Below are positions 13,266-25,859 of a stretch of 64,000 bases of DNA, piece after piece. The DNA comes from Camelus ferus (Eukaryota). Within the stretch, counting starts at the first letter, position 1; each line of letters begins with the position of its first letter. The notes beneath the pieces were generated by a model. That model made no database searches and was not told where the DNA came from. It saw only the letters and a list, made by a program, of their open reading frames with translations. The translations under genes and the position numbers were made by a program. The DNA lies in assembly GCF_009834535.1 (NCBI RefSeq), contig NC_045696.1:77440001-77504000 (forward strand). Reading direction: 5' to 3'.

Positions 13266-14199
13266 GTTCTCAGATGCAAGTTTTGGCAGGCAGGAGCATC
13301 TAGAAAGAGTTTTAAGAAATGGTTTTGTGTTCATCATAGTCATCATGATATTTTTATTAGTAGTAAGTAACACCTGGTCTCCATTTATAGAAGTAATCAA
13401 AACCTTATATTCTTAAGACAAATACTGATACTATGCAGAAATGGCTGAAGTCCTGATAGTTACAAAATGGACTGACAGTTGGGAGATAGTAGTCTAGAGT
13501 TTCCAGAATCTGTCCATTTACTGCTTCTTTAAGAAATATCAGGGTGATGTTTTTCAGGTCTTATTTCTATAGGGTTTTTTCAAAGTTGCATTCTAACTTC
13601 TTCTAAAGTACTCCTTAGTAAACTGGTAAGTCATTCATCATCCTGAGCTGGGGATAAGGTTTTCAAAAAGAGCTTGGTTCTTGCTTAGTGTCTTGTCTTC
13701 TGTGTTAGTTTTCAATGTCTTTGGTCATCAGATTTTAGCTCAACATATCAAACATTGGTTCTGGTTTTGTCCTAACTCAATGAACTTCTTAATCATGTTT
13801 GTTTGTTTTTTAAAAGCTAAAATAGAGTAGAAATTGCATAATTCTGTTTTCCCTTCTTTATCTTTCTACCAAATTGCAAGTTTGTTTTCTTATGTTCACT
13901 CCCAGCCCTAAATGTAAAAGCTCTTTTGGTCTATTTTAGTATTATTTTTAAAATTTACTATGTTTTAAAATCTAGTGTAAAAACCACAGATTTATTTCAG
14001 TATTATAAATAGGATCTTTTAAATAGATCACTTTTATATATTTTTTTTCTTTCTTCAGTTTTAGTTATTGATTTTTTACTGGGGTCTGTTAACTGACAAG
14101 AAGTTTCAGATCTTAAATCTAACCTTGGAAACCATCCTAGCAGGTATTCTTAATTTATAGGTGAAGAAAATGAGAGCAAAGAAAATAGTAATAAATAAA

Positions 14200-14440
14200 A
14201 GCTGTTTGCCCCACACTATTACAAGCATTTTGCTAAGTGCTTTCCTTTTATTATTGCACCTAATACCCACAAAAAATATTATGAAGTAGATATCATTTTT
14301 ATCCTCATTTGAAAGATTAAAAACAAAAACACAAAATGAAGCTCATTGAAAAGAACCTCCAACAGCCATCAGCTAGTAACTGTCAGATTTAGGATATGAA
14401 TCCTACTGAGTTATTCTGTAACTCCTACTCATAACTACTA
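14200..14440 (-). mobile_element. MIR SINE
   Basis: 'tgctaagtgcttt', 'ttttatcctcatttgaaagat', 'cagctagtaactgtcaga'. Confidence 0.7.
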
Positions 14441-14555
14441 GACTTGCTTGCACCTCAGTATTATACAAGAATGTAACTGGAACAAAACTAATTAACCAGG
14501 CCTGCTGAATCCAAGTCTGATATTCTTTAAATATAAACATTGTTTTCCAGCTTCA

Positions 14556-14727
14556 CCATACACACACATATAGTCATTCTTCGACAAAGGAGTCAAGAAT
14601 ATACAAGGGAGAAAAGACAGCCTCTTCAGCAAGTGGTGCTGGGAAAACCGGACAGCTGCATGTAAATCACTGAAGTTAGAACACCCCCTCACACCATATA
14701 CAAAAATAAACTCAAAATGGCTTAAAG
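14556..14727 (+). mobile_element. Isolated internal L1 ORF2 fragment
   Basis: 14580-14726 translates open as [49 protein letters not shown]; no 3'UTR or polyA. Confidence 0.92.
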
Positions 14728-14858
14728 GCTTTCCAGCAGGGAGCTTCACATATAGCCATGATTGTTTTGATATTTACTCTTTTTTCTCATTGTAGCAATT
14801 TGTGATTTTGGGGGGGGGGGGATTTCACACATTCCCGGAGCTCTATTATTACCTAGAG

Positions 14859-15074
14859 CAGGACTTCTCAACTTCAATTATATCAGCATTTTGCGCTGGT
14901 TACTGTTTGTTGGGGCGGGGACTGCAGGATGCTATGCTGTAGGATGTTGAGTAGCTTCCTGGGCCTCCGCCCACTAGATGCTAGCAGTGTCCCCAAGTTG
15001 TGACAACCTAAAATGTCTCTAGATGTAGCCAGGTGTAACCTGGAGGTAGAACTGCCGCCAGATCAGAACTCCTG
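14859..15074. mobile_element. MER20 hAT-Charlie element
   Basis: cag...ctg termini; 'gtaggatgttgagtagcttcctgggcctccgcccactagatgctag' and 'agttgtgacaacctaaaatgtctctagatg'; flanks acctagag/ctctagaa. Confidence 0.88.
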
Positions 15075-16904
15075 CTCTAGAAGTTTGGGTCACAGGGTCA
15101 TATCTTTTTCTCTTTCCCTGAAGCTGTTTTCTATACTCCTAAACCCTTAATTATACAGGACCACATTCTGTTTTTTTGGAAACTGCAGACTTTTAGAAAG
15201 CATGAGAAACGTTTCTGAAGTTATGATTATTTACAGCATCCCTTTCTCTACTTTTTTCCCCATGTGAGGTAGTATTATATCCACATAAAAAGATCCTCTA
15301 GTTTCTTTCTAAAATATTAGAAAAAGAAAATTATTAAGGCAAAATGATTCAAGAATTTATCATATATTGGAGTTTCTTAAAATGGAATTCCTAGCTAATC
15401 CCTCCTGCTGAAACCCTTGCTACTTTGCCTGTTTTGTAACCTTTAGTAGGAAGTCATTGTGGTTGGTTAGGCAGAGTTTATTTCCAAAATAAAATGCCGT
15501 TGAAATCTCTTTCTTCTATAACCAAGTGCTTTTTTACCTTAAGTAAATTTATAAATAATTATTTATAATCTTGATGTCAAATTCTAATCTTCTCTTTTTC
15601 ATTCAGGTTGTTACTCCTGAGCATGGTATAGCTTTCACTATAGCAATTCAGAGCTACACCCCATCCCGTATTTGCCTTCTTTATGTTAAGGTTTTATATT
15701 TATCTTATTATAATTAATTGCAGTATTATTATTTATCAGCATAAAGGCATTAATGTACATTCTAATACATTTGCTAATTTTTCCTTAGAAAGAGTATCTA
15801 CACCACCGTTTTTCCTCTCTGCATTTTAATTGATACACATCATGTTATCTGTTATTGACCTTTCCTCATGGCATTTGCTATCCCTCTTGAGATTTAAGAA
15901 TCTTCTTGATTTGTCAGTAAATGTCCTGAAAAATATGTCCTTTCTGGACCCCGGAGATGCACTTTGCACTGCAGGAGTTAGTGATTTTGTTAGCATAATC
16001 ATGATCCAAAAAAACCAAATCCTGTTCGTAGATGCCATTGATGCAACCAGCTGTTCATTTTTCATATCTTCTTTTCTCTTCCAAAGGTATGACCTTCAAA
16101 AGGGGAAAAAAACATAAAAACACCACCTGGAGTCCATGCCCTTCAGTTCCCTACATAATACTTGAAAAGCAGTAGTGACAGACTCTAGTTTTTGTTTGTT
16201 TGTTTGTTATGTTTTGTTTAACTCCAGTATTAATTTCATGTGTTTCAGCCCAGCTGGATAAAAGGTTAATGAGACTTTTGTTCATAACCCTGGGGAAAAT
16301 CTCTCTCACATTTTAGTCACATATTCCAAGAAGAGAGCCCATCACTTGAACAACTGATGAGCCATGACTTTGTTGCTCTTTGAAGGGAAAACACCAATCT
16401 TTATATTTGGTCTCTTCTTACAAGTATCCTTCAAACCTGGCAAATTTTCCCAATTTTTTTTATTGTTATGTCAAATGTGGAGCATTACGTATTCAGAAAA
16501 GCCAGATTTAGTCTTGCTACATGTTCAGATGCCATAGAGTTTTGGCGACTAAGAGAAACTCTCTGTTAGATTTTTGAACTTTGTTAATATTTTGAACACT
16601 TTGGTTTTCTTCCACCCATTGAGTATCTTTGTTTTCAAAAGCTTTCTCCTTGGATTATTTCTCCATCCTCTCTGAAAAAAACTGATCCTAAGTGATTGTT
16701 TAACAAAGTCTCTTGCTTCCTTTTTTTTTTTTCTTTCAAGTAGTATTTCCAACTTACATTTATAACATTGTACATTGCAGAGTTTCTCAGACAGTAAGAA
16801 AAAAGTTAGCATATAGCCAATAGCTATTTGGAAATGATTCCTTAATGCTTCTCACTTCAATATACCCAGTTCTTTACAATTCCTCCAGGAATTTTTTCCT
16901 TTAA

Positions 16905-17100
16905 TCCATTCATTCTGTGCATACAGTTCATCGCTGTTTTAAACTCTGAGGATTTGGCTGAAAACAACCTTACAAGGACCCTGCTTTCATGATGCTTACC
17001 TTAGTATAAGAGGAGGCAGAAAGAGGGCAAAATATAACTCAATGCATACAACAATTTCTCATAATGATGAAAGCTATGTAGAAAATAAAACAGGACGATG
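16905..17100 (-). mobile_element. L2 3' fragment
   Basis: 'ccctgctttcatgatgcttacctt' and 'gctatgtagaaaataaaacagg'. Confidence 0.7.
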
Positions 17101-17459
17101 TGCAGGAGAAAAGTAGCAGGTCCCCGCATGCTTGGGAACACTGCCTTGAAGGTAACTTAGCTGATTTTGTGTTTCTTTTGGCTTTTGTAAATGTACGAGC
17201 ATGTTGGCCAATAGCACACCTTGCCCTGATTCTGGAACAGTCACTTGTCTTGGAATAGAAGCAAATAGCTCCACACCTTCAAATTGGAGCTGGATTTGTT
17301 GTATGTTTGTTTATGTTCCATTCCTGAGAACTATTTCGGATGTTGGGATAGATATAAAAATGTATACATTCCCCAAAATAAAGGTGAATATCTCAGTCAT
17401 GAAGAAAACAGACTTAGACCAAAAAAAAAGTTTGATTTCCAGAGTGGCTGCATGACAGC

Positions 17460-17620
17460 TGTAGGTGTGAGCAAATGTCCTTGCTTCTTGGAGCCTCTGT
17501 TACCTCATCTGTAAGTCAGAGTGACCTGTGAATAATCTGCCATAGATTTAGAATGGGAATAAAAATGTAATATCTAACCTGAAGCACATAACGGAGCACC
17601 TAGCATACGATCAGCAAAAA
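17460..17620 (+). mobile_element. MIR SINE
   Basis: Core 'gagcctctgttacctcatctgtaag'. Confidence 0.75.
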
Positions 17621-19712
17621 CATGGGTTATCTCTTATTTTTGTGCCATTTTGCTGTGATATTGCCTTGGTCTAGAAAGGTTTAAGGCCGTAGTATTTACC
17701 TGTGGTAACAACAGAACCTTAATTTTCTAGCACCGTCCCAGATTTATAACCATTACTCCATTGTGAAACTATCAAGCCTGGTTTAGTTTTGGTTGGTTTT
17801 CTGTTTGAAAAATACGAATAAATTATAGATACCCCAAATATACTGTGCTGTGAAAATTGATAAATAGGCCTTACTTTTGCTGCTTTCTTGGCTGGCGGTA
17901 CTGTCTTCCGTACAGATGATTTAGAGGCCAGATGCACAGCAATTTGAGATGTGGATGCCCCCTACTGTGAAGCAATTATTGCCCTAGAGGCTCTTATCCT
18001 GCCTGGTTATAATTTTGTTGTAAAGCAAACAAAGTTTTTACTATGGAATATTCATCAGCCGGTAGCAACAGAATCATTAAAGATGCAAATTTACATGACC
18101 ATATTGGTAGACATGTTGTAATGGTTTGCATCATAGCATTAATGGCAACAAATAAAGTCTAGGAATTTCTCCAACCACATTTATTATTGATAGAAGCATA
18201 TTTGCCAGTCCTCTGTCTCTGTTCTTGTTGCTCAAAATGCAGAAAAAAATTCTCAGGAAAAGGTTATAAGGCATAAGCCTAGATAACTCAATTAAAGTGT
18301 TTAAAATCCTAAATAAGGAGTCTTTGAAATAGCTTACTTAAAAAAAAAAAAAGAAAAATTTATAGAGTTTTATGTGAAAGAGAAGCTGGTATTGAAAGGG
18401 GAGAGGGATGAGGCTGAGGTGAAAGGTGAGTTGGTGCTTTGTCACAGTTACATCCGTTCATGTCTTATCCCTGAAAATACAAAATGGGCTAGGAAAATTT
18501 TGATTATCTTTCTGCCTAAACCCACATAACAACAAGAAAAATGTGTACAGAATTTTGCAGCCCCTTCAAATATACCATCAACTTAATTACTGTTTAAAGA
18601 AAATATTATATATTTTAAAGGGAAAGAGGAAGTCTGGATTTCCTTTTAACTTTTGGATAAAAAGAGAAAACATTAAGGGGAGAAATATAATTCAATTTCA
18701 TTTTTTTTTAAAGCTCATGTTTGTAAAATATCAACCAAATTGAAGATAGGAGAGGACTTTGAAATTGTAAGTTAGACTGGATAACACAGAACTTTATTTT
18801 TTAAAACAACATGATTATATGTTTTTATCTTCTCACTGCCTATGAATGTGTCAACAGCTGTTAGAGAATACGCTTTCTTCTGAAAGATTCAATTTGAAGG
18901 AGAGTAAATATATGCTGTAAATTCAGATTTCTAAATTTCTCATTTTACCGAAGTGGCAAGGCACTTTTTATGAGTGATATATTCAAAACTCCTAAAATAA
19001 GAAGTTTATACTTCTGCATGGAAAGTATTAGAGTAATCATGGAATGAAAAAAAATGACATCAGCAAAGTCAAAATTTCTTAATATCAGCTAGACAGCACA
19101 AGAAGGGTATTTAAACATGAGCTAACAACTTGCTTCTCTGGTGATCATTCATCATGAGGAAAAGAAAAGAGGGTGGAATCAGTAAGGAATTAATGAAGGA
19201 AATATGTCTAACCATTTTTATTTGTCAGCTGCAAGATTTCCTGCTGATCAAGATGGCTGTTATGAATGGCTAATGAGAAGAAAATGAAGATTGAATTGCA
19301 AGAAAAAATTTTTGAGAAGTTTGTACCCTATTCATTAGAATGTACCATGAGAGTATTGAAATAGAGGAGATGAGATTTTAGCTTCAAAGTATTTATTTAC
19401 TTTGAAAAGAAATAACAAAGGTCTGATGTGTAAGAAATGTTAGGAAGTCACCTAAAAGTAAAAGCTGAACAAACTAAAAAATCAACAAATCATGTTAGAT
19501 GTATGAATAACTTAGATCACAAGTAAACCACTGCCCTCCAAAATTGGAGAGACAGACAGGCAAATACAGAGAATCACAACTTACTGAGGAAGAAACCCAC
19601 CAGCTGAAACCCTTCTCAGAGACAGTGTTGGCATAGGAAGACCTGAACTGTATTTGATAAATTGCTGAAGGCTCGAGTCTGGACAACTCTGAGAGTTACA
19701 AACTTCAAGAAG

Positions 19713-20081
19713 TCTGTTCCTTTTTCGTAAATAAGTTCATTTGTATCATATTTTAGACTCCACATATGAGTGATAAAACAAACTTACAGTTATCAAAGGG
19801 GAAAGGAAGTGGGGAAGGGATAAAATAGGGGTTTTGGATTAGCAGATACAAACTACTATACATAAAATAGATGAACAACAAGATCCTACTCTATAGCACT
19901 GGGAATTATGTTCAATATCCTGTAATAAACCATAATGGAAAAGAGTATGAAAAAGAATATGTATGTACATATATCTATATATGTATCTGAATCATTTTGC
20001 TGTACATTAGAAACTAACACAACATTATAAATCAACTGTACTTCAATTTAAAAAAAAGAAAAAAATGATATACTAAAAATA
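19713..20081 (+). mobile_element. Short 5'-inverted artiodactyl-type L1 3' end nested in the L1MC
   Basis: About 60 nt antisense ('ttttagactccacatatgagtgata') followed by sense 3'UTR and polyA; degenerate TSD acaaacttcaagaag / agaaacatcaaggag. Confidence 0.85.
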
Positions 20082-21489
20082 AGAAACATCAAGGAGGCCC
20101 CATCATTGAGAAGCCATCCACTTTTTTGAGTTTTAGAGCCTGTCAGGTACTCCTAGTGTGACATCAGATTAAAATTCCCTTGTGATTTCAGCATAGGGAG
20201 AAGAAAAGGAACTATTCCGAGCTACCCCAGAGTAGTCTGTATTTCTTAAGATCTACACTCAGGGGAAACTGTTCAACCAGAGCTTAAACCTGCTGGGATT
20301 TTATCAAATCCTCACTGACCTGGGGGAATTGAAATACCAGCCAGTTTTAGCCTTCCATGTGGAGAAAGAGAAATACCCAACTCCTGTATAGTCTAGTCAT
20401 CCTGTCCCACGTGAGTGGGGTGGGGGCTGGGGAAAGGGGAGGAGGACTGAGAAACAAATGTGAAGTTTACAGTGTAGAGGCAGAGGCTCACTCATAGACT
20501 GAGACCTAACCATAGGACTACAGAATGCCTCCCCTTCTCCACGTATTATCACCACATCACTAAAAGTCTGTTTACATTTCTTTTTACCTTGTAAACCATG
20601 CCTGCCTATCAAGAAAAAAAATTACAAGACACACTAAAAGCCAAAAAACAAACAAACAAACAAAAAATCCCACATGGTTCAAAGAGACAAAAGAAAGCAT
20701 CCAGATATGACAGAGATGTTAGAATTACCAGACCAGGAATTTAAATAAAAATGGTTAATATGTTAAGGACTCTAATGGATAAAGTAAACAACATGCAAAA
20801 ACAGATGGGTAATGTAAGTAAAATGATGGAAATTCTGAGAAAGAACTGAAAATAAATATTATACATCAACAGCACTGTAACAGATATGAACAATGATTTT
20901 AATGGGCTTCTCAGTAGACTGATACAAATGAGGGAAGAGCCTGTGAGCTTGAGGGTATCTCAGTAGAAACCTCCAAGACTGAGAAGCAAACAGAAAAAAG
21001 AACCGAAAAACCCAGAAGGGAACACCTAAGAGATGTGGGAAAACTACAAAAGGTATAGCATGTATGCCATGGAAATAATAGAGGAGAAGAAAGAGAAGAA
21101 GCAGAAGAAATATTTTAAACAATAATGATGGATAATTTTCCCAAATTAATGACACCAATCCACAAACACAGGAAGCTCAGAAAATGCCCAGCAGAATAAA
21201 TGCCCCAAAATTTATAACTAGGTATATACTTTTCAAACTACAGAAAACCAAAGGTAAAGAAAAATCCTAAAAGAAGCCAGAGCGGGGAGAAAAACGTCTT
21301 ACCTACAGAGGAACAAAAATAAGAATTAAATCCAACTTCTTTTCAGAAACTATGCGAGCAAAAACAGTAGGGTAAAATACTTGAAATGTTGAGAGGGAAA
21401 AAAAGCCAACCTAGAATTCTGTATCCTACAAAATTATCCTTCAAAAGTAAAGCAGAAATAAAAGCTTTCTTAGACAAATGAAAATTAAG

Positions 21490-21528
21490 GTTTTGTTTTG
21501 TTTTGTTTTGTTTTGTTTCGTTTTGTTT
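21490..21528. repeat. (GTTTT)n simple repeat
   Basis: Read directly; one interruption. Confidence 0.9.
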
Positions 21529-21713
21529 GCCAGTATACCTGCCTTTCAAGAAATTCTAAAAGATGTTTTTTAGAGAGGAGGAAAATGATAAAAGTCAGAA
21601 ACTTGGATCTACATAAAGAAAGGAAGAGCATTAGAGAATAAGTGAAGGTAAAATAAAAATGTTTATTTTTATTCTTAATTGATATAATAGTTTAAAAAAT
21701 AATATCAGCTATT

Positions 21714-21800
21714 TATATATATACTCTCTCTCCATATATACATATATGTATATATATATATGTATATGTGTATATATATACACCCACCCACACACACACT
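21714..21800. repeat. Compound (TA)n/(CA)n low-complexity repeat
   Basis: Read directly. Confidence 0.85.
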
Positions 21801-21989
21801 CTCTCATGTATACTTATATATAAGTCAAGTGGTAGACCACAATGATATAAGGGATAGGTGGAAGGAATTAGAAATATTTTATTATTATAAGGTACCCACT
21901 CTACTTGCGAAGTAGTAATGTTATTTGAAAATAAATCTGAATTAGTTGTAAACATATGTTGCAAACTCTAGGACAATCACTAAAAAAGT

Positions 21990-22020
<31 letters not shown>

Positions 22021-24057
22021 TATAAAACTGAAATGCTAAGAAAGGAGAGAAAATTTAGTCATATGGGAACTTCCACATCTTGCTAAAGAATACCTACAAA
22101 ACTCTACAGCTAACTACATATTCTTGGTAAGAAACTCAAAGCATTTCCACTAAGGTCAAGGACAAGGCAAAGATGTCCCCTCTCACCACTTCTTTTCCTC
22201 ATTGTACAAGAAGTCGTAGCTAATGCAGTAAGATAAGGAAAGAAAATAAAGGGATTACAAATTGGGGAGAAAAAAAACTGTATGCAGATAACATGATGAT
22301 CTTTGTAAGGAATCTGAAATAATTGACAAAAAACTCCTGGAACTAATAAGCTATTATATAAAGTTGCAGAATACATGATTAACATACAAAAGTCAATTGA
22401 ATTCCTATACACGAACAATGAACAAATGAAGTTGAAATTAAAAATATAATTTATGTTAGAGCCCCCCAAATGAAATACACAGGCATAAATTTATCAAAAT
22501 ACTAGATTTGTATGAGGAAAACTACAAAATAATGATGAAAAAATTCAAAGAAGAACTACATAAATGGAGAGATACTCCATACTCATGAATATGAAGGCCC
22601 AATATTGTCCAAGTGTCACTTCTTGCCAACCTGATCTCTAGATTCAGTGCAGTCCCATTCAAAATCCTAAAAAGTTGCTTTGTGAATATTGACATATTGA
22701 TTATAAAGTGTTTTGGTAGGCAAAAGACCCGAAATAGCCAACACAATATTGAAAGTTAAGAACAAAGTTGGAGGACTGGCACTATTCAACTTCAAGACAT
22801 ACTGTGAAGCTGCAGTAATCAAGACAGAGTGATATTAGTGAAATAATAGACAAATAGATTAAGGGAACATATTAAAGAGCCCAGAAGTAGATCCCCCTAT
22901 ATGTAATTGTCTGATCTTTGAAGAAGAAGCAAAGGTAATACATTGGAACAAAGGTAGACCTTTCAATAAATGGTGCTGAAACAACTGTACATCCACATGC
23001 AGAAAAGTTAATCACAGACCTTACATCCCTCAGAAAAATAAACTAAAAATAGATCACAGACATAAATGTAAAATAGAAAACCATAAAACTCCAAGGAGAT
23101 AACATAGGAGAAAATCTACATGACCTTTGCTTTAATGATGACTTTTTAGATATAATACCCAAGGTATGATCCATGATATTATTGATGAGCTGGATTTTAT
23201 GAAAATTTTCTGTTTTGTGAAGGACACTGTTAAGAAAATGACAAACCACAGACTGAGAGAAAATATTGGCAAAACATATGTCTAATAAATGGCTTGTATC
23301 CAAAGTACACAAATAACTCTTAAACTCAACAATAAGAAACCAAACAACCCAGTTAAAAAATGAGCCGAAAATCTACACAGAACCCTAAGTAAAAAAGATA
23401 CATAGATGACAAATATGCCTGTCAAAAGATGATCAATATCATATATCATCAAAGAAATGCAAACTAAAACAACAATGAGATTCTACCATATGCCCATAAG
23501 AATGGCCAAAATCTGAAACACTGACAACATCAAATACTGGCAGGCATGTAGAGTTACAGAAACTCTCCTTGCTGGTCAGAATGCAAAATGGTAGACACTC
23601 TGACAGTTTCATACAAAGCTAAATCATACTCTTACCATAATTTGCAGTAAATTGTACTCCTCGGTATTTATCCAAAAGAGTTAAAGGCTTATGTCCATAC
23701 AATATCTACACATGGATACTTATAGCAGCTTTATTCATAATTACCCAAATTTGGTAGAATCCAAGTATCTTTCAGTAGGTGATGGATTAATAAACTGTGG
23801 TACATCCACAATGGAATATTATTAAGCACTAAAAAGAAATGAGTTGTCAATCCATTAAAAGACATGGAGGAACCTTAAATGCATAGTACTGAAAGCAGCC
23901 AATCTGAAAAAAAAAAACCAAACAAAAAACACATACTATATGAGTGCAACTATATAATATTCTGAAAAAAGGCAAAATTTTAGAAGACAATAAAAAGATC
24001 TATGGTTATTAGTGGTTGGGTTGGGGAGAGGGATGAATACTTGAAACACATGAGTTG

Positions 24058-25542
24058 TTTTTTTTTTTATTGATGTATAGTCAGTTTTACAATGTTGTGT
24101 TGATTTCTGGTGTACAGTACAATGCTTCAGTCATATAGGAACATACATATATTCATTTTCATATTCTTCTTCACTATAAGTTACTATAAGATATTGAGTA
24201 TAGTTCCCTGTGCTATACAGTATAAACTTGTTGTTTATGTAGTTTGTATATAGTAGTTAATATCTGCAAATCTCAAACTCCCAATTTATCCCTTCCCACT
24301 CCCTTCTGCTCCGGTAACCATAAGTTTGTTTTCTATGTCTGTGAGTCTGTTTCTGTTTTGTAAATAAGTTTGTTTGTCTTTTTTGTTTTTTGTTTTTTTT
24401 TTTTACATTCCATGTATAAGTGATATCACATGGTATTTTTCTCTTTCTGGCTTATTTCATTTAGAATGATGTTTTCCACGTCCATCCACGTTGCTGCAAA
24501 TGGTATTATTTTATTCTTTTTTATGGCTGAATAGTATTCCGTTGTATAAATACACCACAGCTTCTTTATCCAGTCATCTGTTGATGGACATTTAGGTTGT
24601 TTCCATGTCTTGGCTATTGTAAATAGTGCTGCTATGAAAATTGGGGTGTGTGTATCTTTTTGAATTAAGGTTCCTTCTGGATATATGCCCAGGAATGTGA
24701 TTGCTGGGTCATATGGTAAGTCTATTTTTAGTCTTTTTAGGAATCTCCACATTGTTTTCCATAATGGCTGCACCAAACTACACCAACAGTTTAGGAGGCT
24801 TTCCTTTTCTCCACAGCCTCTCCAGCATTTATCACTTGTGGACTTTTGAAGGATGGCCATTCTGACTGGTGTGAGGTGATATCTCGCAGTTTTGATTTGC
24901 ATTTCTCTGATAATTAGCGATATTGAGCATTTTTTCATGTGCCTATTGGCCATTTATATGTCTTCATTGGAGAACTGCTTATTTAGGTCTTCTGCCCATT
25001 TTGAATTGGATTGTTTGTTTTTTTCTTATTAAGTTGTATGAGCTGTTTATATATTCTGGAAATTAAGCCCTTGTCAATCTCAACTTCTGCAAATATTTTC
25101 TCCCATTCCGTAGGTAGTCTTTTTGTATTGCTTATGGTTTCCTTTGCTGCACAAAAGCTTCTAAGTTTTATTAGGTCCCATTTGTTTATTTTTGCTTTTA
25201 TTTCTATTCTTTGGGTAGATAGCCCTGCTCTGTAGTTTTGTCTAAAGCCTCGGAAGGTTATTCCTCTAGCTTCTTTCTTCTTCTTTAGTAATGCTTTGGC
25301 AATTCTGGGTCTTTTGTGATTCCATATAAATTTTAGGACTATTTGTTCTAGTTCTGTGAAAAATGTCCTGGGTAATTTGATAGGGATCACATTTAAATCT
25401 GTAGTTTGCTTTGAGTGGTATGGCCATTTTAACAATATTAATTCTTCCAATCCAAGAACATAGGATTAGTTTTCCATTTCTTTAAGTCATCTTCAATTTC
25501 CTTAGTCAATGTTTTATAGTTCTCCACATGTCTTTCACTTCC
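24058..25542 (-). mobile_element. Young camelid-type L1, 5'-truncated, with ORF2 C-terminal remnants and an internal deletion
   Basis: ORFs 24426-24953 ([10 protein letters not shown]...KCWRGCGEK...WIKKLW) and 24983-25450 (IPIKLPRTFFTELEQIVLKFIWNHKRPRIAK) are L1 ORF2; polyT at the left end. Confidence 0.95.
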
Positions 25543-25859
25543 AAAGGGATTTTTTTAAGGCAGTGAAAATACTCTGTGTGATAATATAATGATAAATACA
25601 TGTCATTATAAATTTGTCAAAACCCATAGAATGTACAACACCAAGAGTAAACCCTAATGTTAACAATGGTCTCTGGGTAATAACAACATGTCAAGGTAGG
25701 TTCATCAGCTGTAACAAATGTACCACTCTAGTGGGGAATGTTGATAATAGAAGAACCTATCTGTGTGTGGGAGCAGGGAGTATATGGGAAATGGCTATAC
25801 TCTTTGCTTAATATTACTATGAATGAACGTAAAACTGCTCTAAAAATAGTTTATTTTAA

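Larger units (their letters stand above)
15826..17961 (-). pseudogene. Candidate exons of an unidentified gene or pseudogene (17875-17961 and a terminal-type segment starting at 16093)
   Basis: 87-nt cagtag|...AAA|gtaagg segment, open as GASTSQIAVHLASKSSVRKTVPPAKKAAK; acceptor ttttttccccttttgaag| at 16093 continues in phase as VIPLEEKRRYEK*; no homolog recognised. Confidence 0.25.

Noticed and set aside
15549..15568. Perfect 20-bp palindrome ttataaataattatttataa
   Set aside because: It is AT-only, low-complexity sequence with no supporting context.
4438..15690. Isolated plus-strand splice-like sites (acceptors at 4438 and 15607, donor at 8117)
   Set aside because: They have weak or missing partner sites and form no phase-consistent chain.
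15880..16070. C1q/TNF-domain reading (MKNEQLVASM, DHDYAN, TYFSGHLL)
   Set aside because: The motifs come from three different frames and are too close together for a C1q fold; no collagen exons were found.
15830..16117. 95-aa plus-strand ORF
   Set aside because: It starts at TTG, overlaps the minus-strand open frame and has no recognisable homology.
24426..25450. The two longest ORFs (175 and 155 aa) as host genes
   Set aside because: They are frameshifted, internally deleted L1 ORF2 C-terminal remnants.
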